From positions 1,504,001-1,568,000 of the forward strand of contig CBDCTK010000002.1 in assembly GCA_965222225.1 (NCBI GenBank): 64,000 bases of DNA. The letters run 5' to 3'. The DNA comes from Candidatus Poribacteria bacterium. Lineage in GTDB: Bacteria > Poribacteria > WGA-4E > JAJDTR01. Numbering within the stretch: position 1 is the first letter of the stretch; every line of letters starts with the position of its first letter. The position numbers were made by a program, and so were the translations under genes. The notes under the pieces are model-generated. The model saw only the letters and a list, made by a program, of their open reading frames with translations, ran no database searches and was not told the DNA's origin. This document shows, in pieces, positions 1 to 9,607 of this stretch.

Positions 1-1
1 T

Positions 2-265
2 GGCGAGGGGCATTTCGCCCACGGCTTAAACCCACTGCCAGCGAACTTCCAAGACCCCGGCATCATTCCGAACTTCCAAGAATCGTTCTTTTTCTGGCGT
101 ATCAGTAAAGGTGGACCGGGGTTACCACCATCCGCTACCCCTTGGAATTCCGCCATGCCGGTCTGGGAGAACTATTTGACTGAAGAAGAGATTTGGGATG
201 TCATCATCTTCTTGTCCGAGTACACCGGCTATAAGCCGAGAACGTTTGGCGATGCTGCCCACTAA
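2..265 (+). CDS. C-terminal part of a c-type cytochrome (5' end outside window)
   Basis: Manual frame-2 translation GEGHFAHGLNPLPANFQDP...FFWRISKGGPGLP...SAMPVWENYLTEEEIWDVIIFL, stop TAA 263-265; PANF/AMPxW pattern of class I cytochrome c; CxxCH not in window. Confidence 0.8.
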   Translation, partial: GEGHFAHGLNPLPANFQDPGIIPNFQESFFFWRISKGGPGLPPSATPWNSAMPVWENYLTEEEIWDVIIFLSEYTGYKPRTFGDAAH

Positions 266-453
266 GCTTCTGCAAAAAGTCCAACTCTGGTAAAGCAGCG
301 AAATTGTTCAATCGGCGATGGTAATTCAGTAGAGGGCCCCAAATTAAGCGAAACCTAGATTCGAATGGTTTCACATCTAAACCTGTCCTGCTTCGGTAGT
401 CAAAAAAGCCTTCTCCGCTGTGAAGACGGTACCGAACGGAGAATAATCTGCTA

Positions 454-2187
454 ATGAACCGATTATTTGTTAAAAAAACACTCGCTATATGTATCGTAGG
501 TTCCCTTCTATTGCCTGCAATTATGGCGTACCCAGTTTTTGCACAGGGCAAGACCGCCCCCGCTGCTTCCGAGGCTGGAAAGTCGCTTTACATGGACAAG
601 TGTGCTCATTGCCACGGTATTGAGGGGGATGGCAATGGGGATGCCGCCGAAAATTTGGTGCCAAGACCGAGGGATTTCACGTCAGGACTTTACAAAATTC
701 GCTCCACCGAGGGTGGAAACTTGCCGACAGCCCAGGACCTTTTTGAGGTGATTTCGAACGGTATGCCGGAATCTTCAATGCCAGCGTGGGAGGGACTTCT
801 CAGCGAGGCTGAGCGATGGAGCCTCGTTGCCCATATCAAGACATTCTTTGAGGGTTTTGAGGGAGCGTCGCTGCGGGTGATTGACCTGTCAGGCAAGGTA
901 CCTTATTCTGAGGAGAGCGTTGCCAAAGGAAAAGAGTTTTACGCCAAGCTTGGCTGCGTCGAATGTCACGGCGCACTCGGTCGAGGGGATGGTACATCTG
1001 CACCTGATCTCACGGATGAGTGGGGTTTCCGCACCTGGCCCGCAAATATGGAGCACAGTTGGAATTTCAGGGGTGGCTCAACGACTGGGGATATTTTCAA
1101 ACGATTTATTGGCGGGATTGCCGGGTCACCGATGCCGGCATTCGTTTCTGCTTTCCGACTCGGATTGACCGATGCCGAGACAGAGCGGATAACTGCACTT
1201 GAAGAGAATGACGAAATGACAGAGGAGGAGGAAACGGAGTATGCAGAGCTGGAGGAGAAAGCCTACGAGTATGAAAACATCATGCTCGATATTGAAGAGG
1301 GCAATGAAGTTTCGCCCGAAGATCTGAAGAAGGTCGACGATGCCATGAAGCCGATATACGAGAAGAGTTGGCATTTGGCGAACTATGTGAAATCGCTAGG
1401 GCGCAAGGAGCGCCCTGCAGCCGCAGTAGGTGACAAGGTGCTGCGCTCGCAATATCGCTTGGGCGACCTGCCGGGATTGAATAATGCCGCCTGGGGTGAA
1501 ATCGAGGAGGCGAGCTACTTCCCGCTCGTGGGTCAAGTTGTCATTGAACCGCGACAGTTCAACCCGTCCATAGATTCTGTGACGGCCAAGTCTTTCTATA
1601 ACGATAATGAAGTCGCGTTTCTCTTTACGTGGGACGATCGGACGAAAACGCTTCCGCAAGAGGATGACGAGACGGGCGAAACCGTTGAGGATGCCATTGC
1701 CATTCAGTTTCCTGTAAAGCTGCCTAAAAATCCTTCCGATCCCAAACCGTACTTCATCTGGGGTGGACGCCGTCCCGTTTACCTCTGGCAGTGGAAGGTT
1801 GCTGAACAAGACAAGATCACGGAGATGAACGCTAAGGGAATTGACAATGCCACTGTCCAATCGTCGCAAAGCCAGATGCAGGTTGAAGGCGTCTACGAAG
1901 ATGGGCGTTACCGTCTGTGGGTCAAGCGGACGCTAAGGACGGATGATAAAAATGACCTTCAACTTGAGCCCGGAACCTTTATCCCCATCGCATTCTCCGC
2001 CTGGGACGGCGCCAACGGCGACGTGAAAACTAAACGAGCCATTTCGACATGGTATACTTTCATTCTCGATCCTGTGCCGTCAAACAGACGTTTCGTGTAT
2101 CCGCCGCTTGTCGCGCTTATCTCTGTTGGGTTCCTTTTTGGCTTGAGAGGTAGCGCAAAGAGACGAACTAGTACGAATAGTACATGA
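454..2187 (+). CDS. Membrane-anchored diheme cytochrome c with C-terminal ethylbenzene-dehydrogenase-gamma-like (DOMON-type) domain
   Basis: Signal peptide, CAHCH and CVECH, PRDFT and SMPAW/PMPAF Met ligands, FTWDD...DAIAIQFP...IAFSAWDG, C-terminal TM helix. Confidence 0.85.
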   Translation: MNRLFVKKTLAICIVGSLLLPAIMAYPVFAQGKTAPAASEAGKSLYMDKCAHCHGIEGDGNGDAAENLVPRPRDFTSGLYKIRSTEGGNLPTAQDLFEVISNGMPESSMPAWEGLLSEAERWSLVAHIKTFFEGFEGASLRVIDLSGKVPYSEESVAKGKEFYAKLGCVECHGALGRGDGTSAPDLTDEWGFRTWPANMEHSWNFRGGSTTGDIFKRFIGGIAGSPMPAFVSAFRLGLTDAETERITALEENDEMTEEEETEYAELEEKAYEYENIMLDIEEGNEVSPEDLKKVDDAMKPIYEKSWHLANYVKSLGRKERPAAAVGDKVLRSQYRLGDLPGLNNAAWGEIEEASYFPLVGQVVIEPRQFNPSIDSVTAKSFYNDNEVAFLFTWDDRTKTLPQEDDETGETVEDAIAIQFPVKLPKNPSDPKPYFIWGGRRPVYLWQWKVAEQDKITEMNAKGIDNATVQSSQSQMQVEGVYEDGRYRLWVKRTLRTDDKNDLQLEPGTFIPIAFSAWDGANGDVKTKRAISTWYTFILDPVPSNRRFVYPPLVALISVGFLFGLRGSAKRRTSTNST

Positions 2188-2344
2188 TTAACATTCCTAA
2201 GGATAGTCCGACACTCTGTGTGAAACCCTGCACAGTTGACGATTCAGTGACAAGAAATAGAGAAATAAGAGAGTCGCAAATCCGTTGATATAACCTGAAA
2301 ACAACTCTATTCATTCTTAAGATAATTTCAAAAGGAGTTCAATT

Positions 2345-3133
2345 ATGAAAACCCAAGTTGTTACAGTCCTAACCTTGATTATTGCAGGCGTTTATGCCAC
2401 CGGTGCCATCGCTGCCGGCAAAGGCGAAGCTGTCGAATCACTTATGTTCCCCGCTAGTTATAAAGTCGGGAGTGTTTCTAATGGCGGCACCATCGCCGGC
2501 ACTGTGAAATTTGAAGGCACAGCGCCCGCAATGAAGAAACTTGAAATCACCAAGAATCCCGAAGTCTGTGGTTTAACCGACAATTTTGATGAATCGGTAG
2601 TAGTCGGCGAAGGCAGTGCTTTGAAAAACACCATCATATATCTGATGGATATTTCGTCAGGTGCGGGTTTTTCGAAGGACGCTAAGGTCAAATACGAACT
2701 CGATCAGAAAGGCTGTCATTTCAATCCGCATGTTCGTCTACTTCCCGTCGGACAACGATTGACCATGCTCAATCCCGACAAAATCATGCACAATGTCCAT
2801 ATTTTTAGTAGAGAGAACCCCGCATTCAATAGATCGCAACCGGGCAGCAGACGAAAGATGCCGGTTAAAGCGGTGAAGAAGGCGGAAGGACCTGTGGCTG
2901 TAAAATGTGACGTCCATGGCTGGATGAAAGCCTGGATTGCTTACATTCCTCATCCATACTTTGCACTCAGCGATGAGAACGGGAAATATACGCTTGAGAA
3001 CGTGCCTCCGGGCACCTACAAACTTGGCTACTGGCATGAAGCATGCGGAACGAATAATGATGCGCCTGCCTCAGTTACCGTGGATGCCGGCGGAAGCGTT
3101 ATGCAGGACTTTACACTCTCTCTCAAGAAGTAG
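2345..3133 (+). CDS. Secreted cupredoxin-like protein with carboxypeptidase-regulatory-like domain
   Basis: Signal peptide, LDQKGCHFNPHV, MHNVH, KCDVHGWM, LENVPPGTYKL; RBS AAGGAG. Confidence 0.75.
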   Translation: MKTQVVTVLTLIIAGVYATGAIAAGKGEAVESLMFPASYKVGSVSNGGTIAGTVKFEGTAPAMKKLEITKNPEVCGLTDNFDESVVVGEGSALKNTIIYLMDISSGAGFSKDAKVKYELDQKGCHFNPHVRLLPVGQRLTMLNPDKIMHNVHIFSRENPAFNRSQPGSRRKMPVKAVKKAEGPVAVKCDVHGWMKAWIAYIPHPYFALSDENGKYTLENVPPGTYKLGYWHEACGTNNDAPASVTVDAGGSVMQDFTLSLKK

Positions 3134-3268
3134 AGGTTATATGTCCACGCCGCAGTTGCCGGTTTCCCTACAAAGTTCAGTTACTTTCGGCTATTTCTCA
3201 ATAGGCTTTTGCAGTCTTTATCGGTAGTATGAAGGGCGATTGTTGCCTCCTTCAACTTTCAATTAAAG

Positions 3269-4186
3269 ATGTTCCCGATTGAAGTGGAAAATCTCTCGCA
3301 CGCCTACGGTGACCGAACCGCGTTGGCGGATGTCAGTTTTCGTATCAGTATGGGGGAGATTTTCGCCTTTCTTGGACCCAATGGCAGTGGAAAGACAACA
3401 CTCTTTAAAATTCTTGCGACCCTGATTCCCATGGGGTGCGGGGAGGTCACGCTTCTCGGGCATAATCTGGTAAGTGAAGCGTCTCGAGTCAGGAGACACT
3501 TGGGAGTTGTTTTTCAGCATCCAAGTTTGGATTTGAAGCTCACGGTTGCTGAGAACCTCCGGCATCACGGGCATCTTTACGGAATATGGGGTGCAGATTT
3601 AAAGCATCGCATCCGCTCGGTCCTCAAACAACAGGAATTGACCGGCCGCGCAGGAGACCTGGTAGAAACGCTCTCTGGAGGGTTGAGGCGGCGCGCCGAA
3701 CTTGCCAAAACGTTGCTCCATCAGCCTAGATTACTGTTGCTTGATGAACCAAGCACGGGGCTGGACCCGATTGCCCGTCGGAATTTGCTAGAATCGTTGA
3801 AAGACCTGCGTAAAACAGGGGAAGTGACGGTCGTTCTGACAACCCATATGCTGGACGAAGCCGAAACGTGTGACCGGATCGGGATTCTCAACTCGGGAGA
3901 ATTGGTCGCTATCGGAACACCCGATGAACTAAAAAGTCAAGTCAGTGGAGATGTTGTTATCGTTGATTCTCCGGTACCCGAACAACTAGCGCCGAGAATC
4001 AGCCGACGGTTTGGATGTGAGGTTACTTCAGTTGGCGACATGTTGCACATTGAATGCGATCGTGGACATGAGTTTGTTCGAGATATCGTTGCCGCATTTC
4101 CATCAGAAATTGACTCTGCACGCTATGGCAAACCGACGTTAGAGGATGTCTTCATCAAACTAACAGGACGCCGTTTCGTATCATAG
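3269..4186 (+). CDS. ABC transporter ATP-binding protein (DrrA-like)
   Basis: Walker A GPNGSGKT, LSGG, LLLLDEP, TTH, C-terminal PTLEDVF. Confidence 0.95.
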   Translation: MFPIEVENLSHAYGDRTALADVSFRISMGEIFAFLGPNGSGKTTLFKILATLIPMGCGEVTLLGHNLVSEASRVRRHLGVVFQHPSLDLKLTVAENLRHHGHLYGIWGADLKHRIRSVLKQQELTGRAGDLVETLSGGLRRRAELAKTLLHQPRLLLLDEPSTGLDPIARRNLLESLKDLRKTGEVTVVLTTHMLDEAETCDRIGILNSGELVAIGTPDELKSQVSGDVVIVDSPVPEQLAPRISRRFGCEVTSVGDMLHIECDRGHEFVRDIVAAFPSEIDSARYGKPTLEDVFIKLTGRRFVS

Positions 4187-4278
4187 ACTTCTCGCTGTCG
4201 CGTTAGAAGGGATATTGGAACAAGCAACATTACGAACAAGGAATCGGGTTCAAGTCAGCTTAGAAAGACAAACAACGC

Positions 4279-4461
4279 CTGGAAACACAGAAATACATCT
4301 ATTGGCAAGACGAGACGATGTATCGCGGCTACTTTGAAACCTATCCCGACTACTGAACCCAGGGAGAGACGATAGAAGAATATCTTCTCGACATCTTCAG
4401 GGAGTTGACAAGCAGCACCATTCCCTGTGTCCGAAAGATCGCCGAGTTGCGTGTCGCATGA
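4279..4461 (+). pseudogene. hicB: Decayed HicB-family antitoxin
   Basis: LETQKYIYWQDETMYRGYFETYPDY*TQGETIEEYLLDIFRELTSSTIPCVRKIAELRVA*; internal TGA 4354-4356; no ATG start. Confidence 0.7.
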
Positions 4462-4564
4462 TTGGTATCAAAACCCAAACACGAAGATATCTCAACCTGT
4501 GCCACGGCATAGAGAAATTAAAGATTCTCTGGCGAAACATATTGTCAAGATGCCAAAAGACTGA
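4457..4564 (+). pseudogene. hicA: C-terminal half of a HicA-family toxin
   Basis: HDWYQNPNTKISQPVPRHREIKDSLAKHIVKMPKD*; N-terminal half absent. Confidence 0.7.
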
Positions 4565-4570
4565 ATTATA

Positions 4571-5362
4571 TTGATAATAAAAATATTACTCCCCGTGACG
4601 ACAATCTGGTGGCGTGAAGTCATCAGGTTTCTGCGTCAGCGGAGCCGTTTGGTCAGCGCAATTGCGCAGCCACTGGTATTTTGGCTTCTGCTGGGTGGCG
4701 GGTTAAACGCTTCATTCCGTCCGTCCGGGCTTCAGGAGGGGACAAACTATATTACTTATTTCTACCCCGGCGTCTTGGTGCTCGTCCTGTTGTTCACGGC
4801 GATTTTTTCAACCATCGCCGTAGTGCAAGACCGACGAGAAGGATTTCTTCAAGGCGTTTTAGTTGCTCCGGTTTCCAGATGGAGCGTCGTGTTCGGACAA
4901 GCGTGCGGTGGAACTACATTAGCGCTCGTGCAAGGCGCACTTTTTCTCTTGCTGTCGCCGATTATTGGAATGTCCTTCAGTTTTGCTTCCATTCTGTCAA
5001 CAGTTGGCGTGATGGTGCTTCTGAGTTTTGGGCTCACGAGCATGGGGCTGATGATTGCGTGGCGGATGGATTCGACACAAGGATTTCATGCAGTGATGAA
5101 TCTGATCCTCATCCCGATTTGGCTGCTATCCGGGGCGTTTTTCCCCGTAGCCGGGGTGTCACCACTGCTTGAATGGGTCATGAAAATAAATCCGTTAACC
5201 TACGGCGTCGCGGCGTTACGCCAATGCCTCTATCTCAACAATCTTGAAGCGGTTGGTGAGATTCCTCAACTGTCTTTATCGCTCGTTGTTACCGGGTTGT
5301 TCTGTGTTGCGATGTATTTGGGCGCTACTCAAACAGCGTATCGTCGTGTGAATATTACGTGA
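4571..5362 (+). CDS. ABC-2 type permease
   Basis: Six hydrophobic segments, DRREGFL, LSGAFFP, NPLTYGV. Confidence 0.92.
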   Translation: MIIKILLPVTTIWWREVIRFLRQRSRLVSAIAQPLVFWLLLGGGLNASFRPSGLQEGTNYITYFYPGVLVLVLLFTAIFSTIAVVQDRREGFLQGVLVAPVSRWSVVFGQACGGTTLALVQGALFLLLSPIIGMSFSFASILSTVGVMVLLSFGLTSMGLMIAWRMDSTQGFHAVMNLILIPIWLLSGAFFPVAGVSPLLEWVMKINPLTYGVAALRQCLYLNNLEAVGEIPQLSLSLVVTGLFCVAMYLGATQTAYRRVNIT

Positions 5363-5413
5363 GAGAAACCCTTTCCAACGAATTCAGCGACCCAGAAAGG
5401 AGATTTTAATGAA

Positions 5414-6097
5414 ATGCTGAAATGGCTGAATTTCCCTGAATGGCTTCCAGAGAACGTATCCACTTATGGCGAAGAGGTAGATAAACTCTTCGTCCTAATC
5501 TACTGGATAACTTCCATTGTGTTTATAGCTGTAATGGCGGTACTCATCGGTTTTTTGATTAAGTATCGCTTTAAAGACGGACGTAAAGCGGATTATATTG
5601 AAGGTAGCACAACCCTTGAGATTACATGGACCGCGGCAACGACCGTCATTGTATTCGGTTTAGCCATGTTGAGCCTGCCGCAATGGAACAAACTCAAAGT
5701 CCCGTCCCAGTTTCCCAGTGGCCCTGATGATGTCCTAGTTCAAGTCAGCGCCAAACAATTCAACTGGGACATGACATATCCGGGAGCTGACGGTAAACTG
5801 GGAACTGCCGATGACCTGACGCTTGAGAATCAGTTACACGTACCCGTGAATAAGGTCGTGCACATCAAACTCACGTCGGAAGATGTCATCCACAGTTTCT
5901 TCTTACCGAATATGCGGGTCAAGCAGGATGCGTTACCCGGGCGGACCATTGACGTTTGGTTTGATGCAACGAAGGTAGGCAAGTACGAAATCCCATGTGC
6001 TGAACTCTGCGGGTTTGGGCACTCCGGAATGCTCGGATACCTCACCGTCCATACGGATGATGCCTATGCGAAGTGGGTAGAAGAAGCTTGGAAGTGA
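5414..6097 (+). CDS. coxB: Cytochrome c oxidase subunit II
   Basis: LEITWT, QFNW, DVIHSF, CuA motif CAELCGFGHSGM; no fused cytochrome c. Confidence 0.97.
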   Translation: MLKWLNFPEWLPENVSTYGEEVDKLFVLIYWITSIVFIAVMAVLIGFLIKYRFKDGRKADYIEGSTTLEITWTAATTVIVFGLAMLSLPQWNKLKVPSQFPSGPDDVLVQVSAKQFNWDMTYPGADGKLGTADDLTLENQLHVPVNKVVHIKLTSEDVIHSFFLPNMRVKQDALPGRTIDVWFDATKVGKYEIPCAELCGFGHSGMLGYLTVHTDDAYAKWVEEAWK

Positions 6098-6316
6098 CGG
6101 CAAGCGGGATGCTGAAGAACCTTAATAACCATTGCTGAAAACTGTTTCGTTGTCTGCAAGTGGGCGCCGCTGAAGGCAACGTCAAAGGCGAAATCCTGTC
6201 CTTACTTTAGTAGATTGGGACGCAAGAAAATGAGATAAACACAACCTAAGAAACGCCTGAATTTCCGGTTTAAGTGTAAGAAATAATTACCATTCACAGA
6301 AAGGAGTTCGTGTCGA

Positions 6317-8164
6317 ATGAACGATCACGCAAATGAATCGCATGACCATCATCACGAGGAAAGTTTTGTCAGTAAATATATTTTCTCACTCGACCACAAG
6401 ATGATTGGCAGGCAATTCTTAATCTATGGATTGATTATGTTCATGGTCGGCGGTGGGCTTGCGTTACTGTTCCGCTGGCAGCTTGCTTGGCCTGAAAAAC
6501 CACTCCCAATCATCGGGTTCTCCCAGGCGTATCTAGACGAAGGTGAAGTCGTCACCGGCGCAGACCGAATGTGGGAAAAATGGGGCGAGGACGATGAGGA
6601 GAACTGGGCTGAACGAACGATGCACGGCGGCATCATCGGACCAGAGTTGTTCAACGCGCTGTTTACAATGCACGCCACCATAATGGTTTTCTTTGTTGTT
6701 GTACCGTTGCTTGTTGGTGCGTTTGGGAATTTCCTCATCCCGTTGATGATTGGCACGAGAGACATGGCGTTTCCCGCGCTGAATATGCTGTCGTTCTGGT
6801 CGAGTGTGCTTGGCGCTTTCATTATGATGGCTGGGTTTCTCGTCCCCGGTGGGCACGCCGCCGCAGGGTGGACCGGATACGCGCCGCTCTCGTCGGTTCC
6901 TGACTTTACCGGTGTGTATTGGGGACAAAACCTTTGGTGTATCGCACTAATCGTTATGGGCGTTTCCTCGCTGATGGGGTCAATTAACTACATAACCACA
7001 ATTATCAACATGCGGGCGCCCGGGATGACGTACTTTCGTCTTCCACTCGTTATCTGGTCACTCTTTATTGTCGCAATTCTACTGCTGCTTGCGTTTCCCG
7101 TCGTAGCCTCGGCGCTTGCGCTGCTGCTTTTCGATAGAATGGCAGGCACCTCGTTCTTTTCGCCGGCAGGGGGCGGCGAACCACTCCTCTGGCAGCACCT
7201 CTTCTGGTTCTTTGGGCACCCGGAGGTTTACATTCTGATCCTTCCGGGCATGGGGCTCGTCTCGGAGATGATTTCGGTCTTTTCCAGAAAGCCGATTTTC
7301 GGGTATAAGTCAATGGTATTCGCCATGATTTCAATCGCCTTTCTGGGTTGGGTGGTGTGGGGACATCACATGTTCCAGAGCGGAATGAACCCGGCATTAA
7401 GCATGGGGTTCATGACGACGACGATGTTGATTGCCGTCCCTTCGGCGATAAAAACCTTTAACTGGATCGGCACCCTATTCCGTGGATCGATTCGGTTTGA
7501 AGTACCGATGTTGCATTCGCTCGCTTTTGTCTCCATGTTCGTAATTGGGGGGCTCAGCGGTATCTATATGGCAAACTCGCCTGTAGATATCCACATCCAC
7601 GATACCTACTACATCGTCGCGCATATCCATTACGTCGTCTTCGGCGGCAGCGTATTCGCGTTGTTCGGCGCAATCTTTTACTGGTTCCCCAAGATGTTCG
7701 GGCGTCACATGAATTCGACTCTTGGCAAGGTGCACTTCTGGTTGACTTTCCTAGCCTTTAACGGTGTATTTTTCCCAATGCACATCCTCGGTGTTGCCGG
7801 GCACATGCGCCGTATTTCCAACCCTCTGCAGTATGAATTTCTGCAAGACTTACAGCCAATAAACGTGTTCATTACCATCTGCGCGTTCATTTTGGGAACC
7901 ACTCAGATAATCTTGTTGGTAAATGTGTTCTGGAGTATATTCAAGGGTAAGGTAGCCGAACAGAATCCGTGGCACGCGAACACCCTAGAGTGGCAAGCGC
8001 CGACCCCAGTACCGCACGGTAATTTCGATCAGATTCCGCACGTTTACCACGGGCCCTATGAGTATAGCGTTCCCGGTGCTGATCGGGACTGGATTCCACA
8101 GACGCAGGCGGATGGTGAACCTTCTGACGGTGAACCGATACCAGCCGGCGCCACTGCCGATTAA
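6317..8164 (+). CDS. ctaD: Cytochrome c oxidase subunit I, A1 type
   Basis: DHKMIG, TMHA, WFFGHPEVY, WGHHMF, AHIHYV, MRR; RBS AAGGAG. Confidence 0.98.
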   Translation: MNDHANESHDHHHEESFVSKYIFSLDHKMIGRQFLIYGLIMFMVGGGLALLFRWQLAWPEKPLPIIGFSQAYLDEGEVVTGADRMWEKWGEDDEENWAERTMHGGIIGPELFNALFTMHATIMVFFVVVPLLVGAFGNFLIPLMIGTRDMAFPALNMLSFWSSVLGAFIMMAGFLVPGGHAAAGWTGYAPLSSVPDFTGVYWGQNLWCIALIVMGVSSLMGSINYITTIINMRAPGMTYFRLPLVIWSLFIVAILLLLAFPVVASALALLLFDRMAGTSFFSPAGGGEPLLWQHLFWFFGHPEVYILILPGMGLVSEMISVFSRKPIFGYKSMVFAMISIAFLGWVVWGHHMFQSGMNPALSMGFMTTTMLIAVPSAIKTFNWIGTLFRGSIRFEVPMLHSLAFVSMFVIGGLSGIYMANSPVDIHIHDTYYIVAHIHYVVFGGSVFALFGAIFYWFPKMFGRHMNSTLGKVHFWLTFLAFNGVFFPMHILGVAGHMRRISNPLQYEFLQDLQPINVFITICAFILGTTQIILLVNVFWSIFKGKVAEQNPWHANTLEWQAPTPVPHGNFDQIPHVYHGPYEYSVPGADRDWIPQTQADGEPSDGEPIPAGATAD

Positions 8165-8296
8165 CCACAGTCTGGGACGCTGTTGGACAGGGACACACAT
8201 TGATTCGTCAATTAATCAATAGACCAATCATTGTCCGTGTGCGTCCGCGTTCCTTTGCTCGTTACGTTTTACAAATCGTGTTAGGAGGTATCGCGT

Positions 8297-9433
8297 TTGA
8301 GGCAACAGTCTTTCCATGAAATAGATATGTACCATATATGGCTTCACCGAATCGCTGTATTGACAGCAGTGATGACTTTTATCCTAATCTGCATGGGAGG
8401 GCTTGTAACCAGCACGGATTCGGGGCTTGCCGTTCCCGATTGGCCCACAACATTTGGATACAACATGTTCCTCTATCCGTTGTCGAAAACGGTCAGCGGT
8501 TTTCTGTTTAGTGTTGATCCGACCCTGCAAACGGATTTGGACGAAGGTAACCTCTCCGAGAATCTGCGGAGTGCGCTTGAAAACAATGAGATTTCGATTT
8601 CAGAAAACGCTGTAATCTCGACTGAAGAAGAAGGGGGTAGGTGGAGGCTCACGGATAGTGAGAATGAACGAACCTATACCCTGATTAAATCGGACGCGAG
8701 GCTGGATGTCTACGTACACGGCGTTCTCTACGAACACACTCATCGATTGATTGGCTCAATCGTTGGGGTGCTAACGATTCTATTATTGGTGGCAATCTGG
8801 GCAAAGGACGATCGGAGATGGCTTATATTGCTGGGCGCGATCGCACTTCTTGCTGTCATCGTGCAAGGTGTGATGGGTGGTCTGCGTGTGACACACCTTA
8901 GCAGAGCCCTCGCAATCGTGCATGCCTGCTTTGCCCAAGTGTTTTTTGGGTTGACCGCCAGTCTCGTGCTGTTTACCTCGCGCGGATGGTTGCAAATCTG
9001 GCAAAGAATTGAAGATCCAGGTGCATCGCGTCTGAGGCGGCTAAGTGGAATTACGTTAGTGCTCATTTATGTTCAATTCATCTTCGGTGCAATATTGAGG
9101 CATACTGGGACTCGGCTGGATGCCCATCTGCTTTTTGCTGCCTTGGTGACAATTCACGTATTCTTGCTTTCTGGACGAGTGTTGAGCGATTACCTAGGGT
9201 ATTTGCGGCTTGTTCGTCCTGTATTGGTACTCAGCGGTTTGCTCGCTGTGCAATTGGTTTTGGGCGGTGCGGCATACGTTGCTGAATTCACTTCTGTCGG
9301 TGAAGTCGTGTCTTCTTCCATGAGCGTGATAATCACAACTGCCCATGTTGCAATCGGCGCGTTGATGCTGGTCATGTCCGTCGTAGTGACTGTGAGTGTT
9401 TATCGTCTTACAAGCTTAGACCGGACCCCTTGA
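8297..9433 (+). CDS. ctaA: Heme A synthase (COX15/CtaA) with inserted soluble domain
   Basis: GGLVTSTDSGLAVPDWP, EHTHR, QGVMGG, VHAC, QFIFGA, AHVAIG; RBS AGGAGGT before TTG. Confidence 0.9.
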   Translation: MRQQSFHEIDMYHIWLHRIAVLTAVMTFILICMGGLVTSTDSGLAVPDWPTTFGYNMFLYPLSKTVSGFLFSVDPTLQTDLDEGNLSENLRSALENNEISISENAVISTEEEGGRWRLTDSENERTYTLIKSDARLDVYVHGVLYEHTHRLIGSIVGVLTILLLVAIWAKDDRRWLILLGAIALLAVIVQGVMGGLRVTHLSRALAIVHACFAQVFFGLTASLVLFTSRGWLQIWQRIEDPGASRLRRLSGITLVLIYVQFIFGAILRHTGTRLDAHLLFAALVTIHVFLLSGRVLSDYLGYLRLVRPVLVLSGLLAVQLVLGGAAYVAEFTSVGEVVSSSMSVIITTAHVAIGALMLVMSVVVTVSVYRLTSLDRTP

Positions 9434-9454
9434 CGAGTAGAACTCGTTAGTGAT

Positions 9455-9570
9455 GAGGATCAAGCGATTGATTAGAGAGCGATCAACTGAGTGGATAACG
9501 AGGATCAAGGGAACGAACGGTGACCGCGATAGAGTTCCCATAGAAAATCCCATAATGACTGCGATAGAGC
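9455..9570 (+). repeat. Chained copies of the 30-nt GA-hairpin module
   Basis: Three chained GATCAA-hairpin units plus a partial one between ctaA and cyoE. Confidence 0.85.
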
Positions 9571-9607
9571 TTCCATAGGGAACGCAATAACCTGCGTTCA
9601 TTGAGGT

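Noticed and set aside
454-2187. Nitrite oxidoreductase or ethylbenzene dehydrogenase
   Set aside because: No molybdopterin or Fe-S subunits in the window
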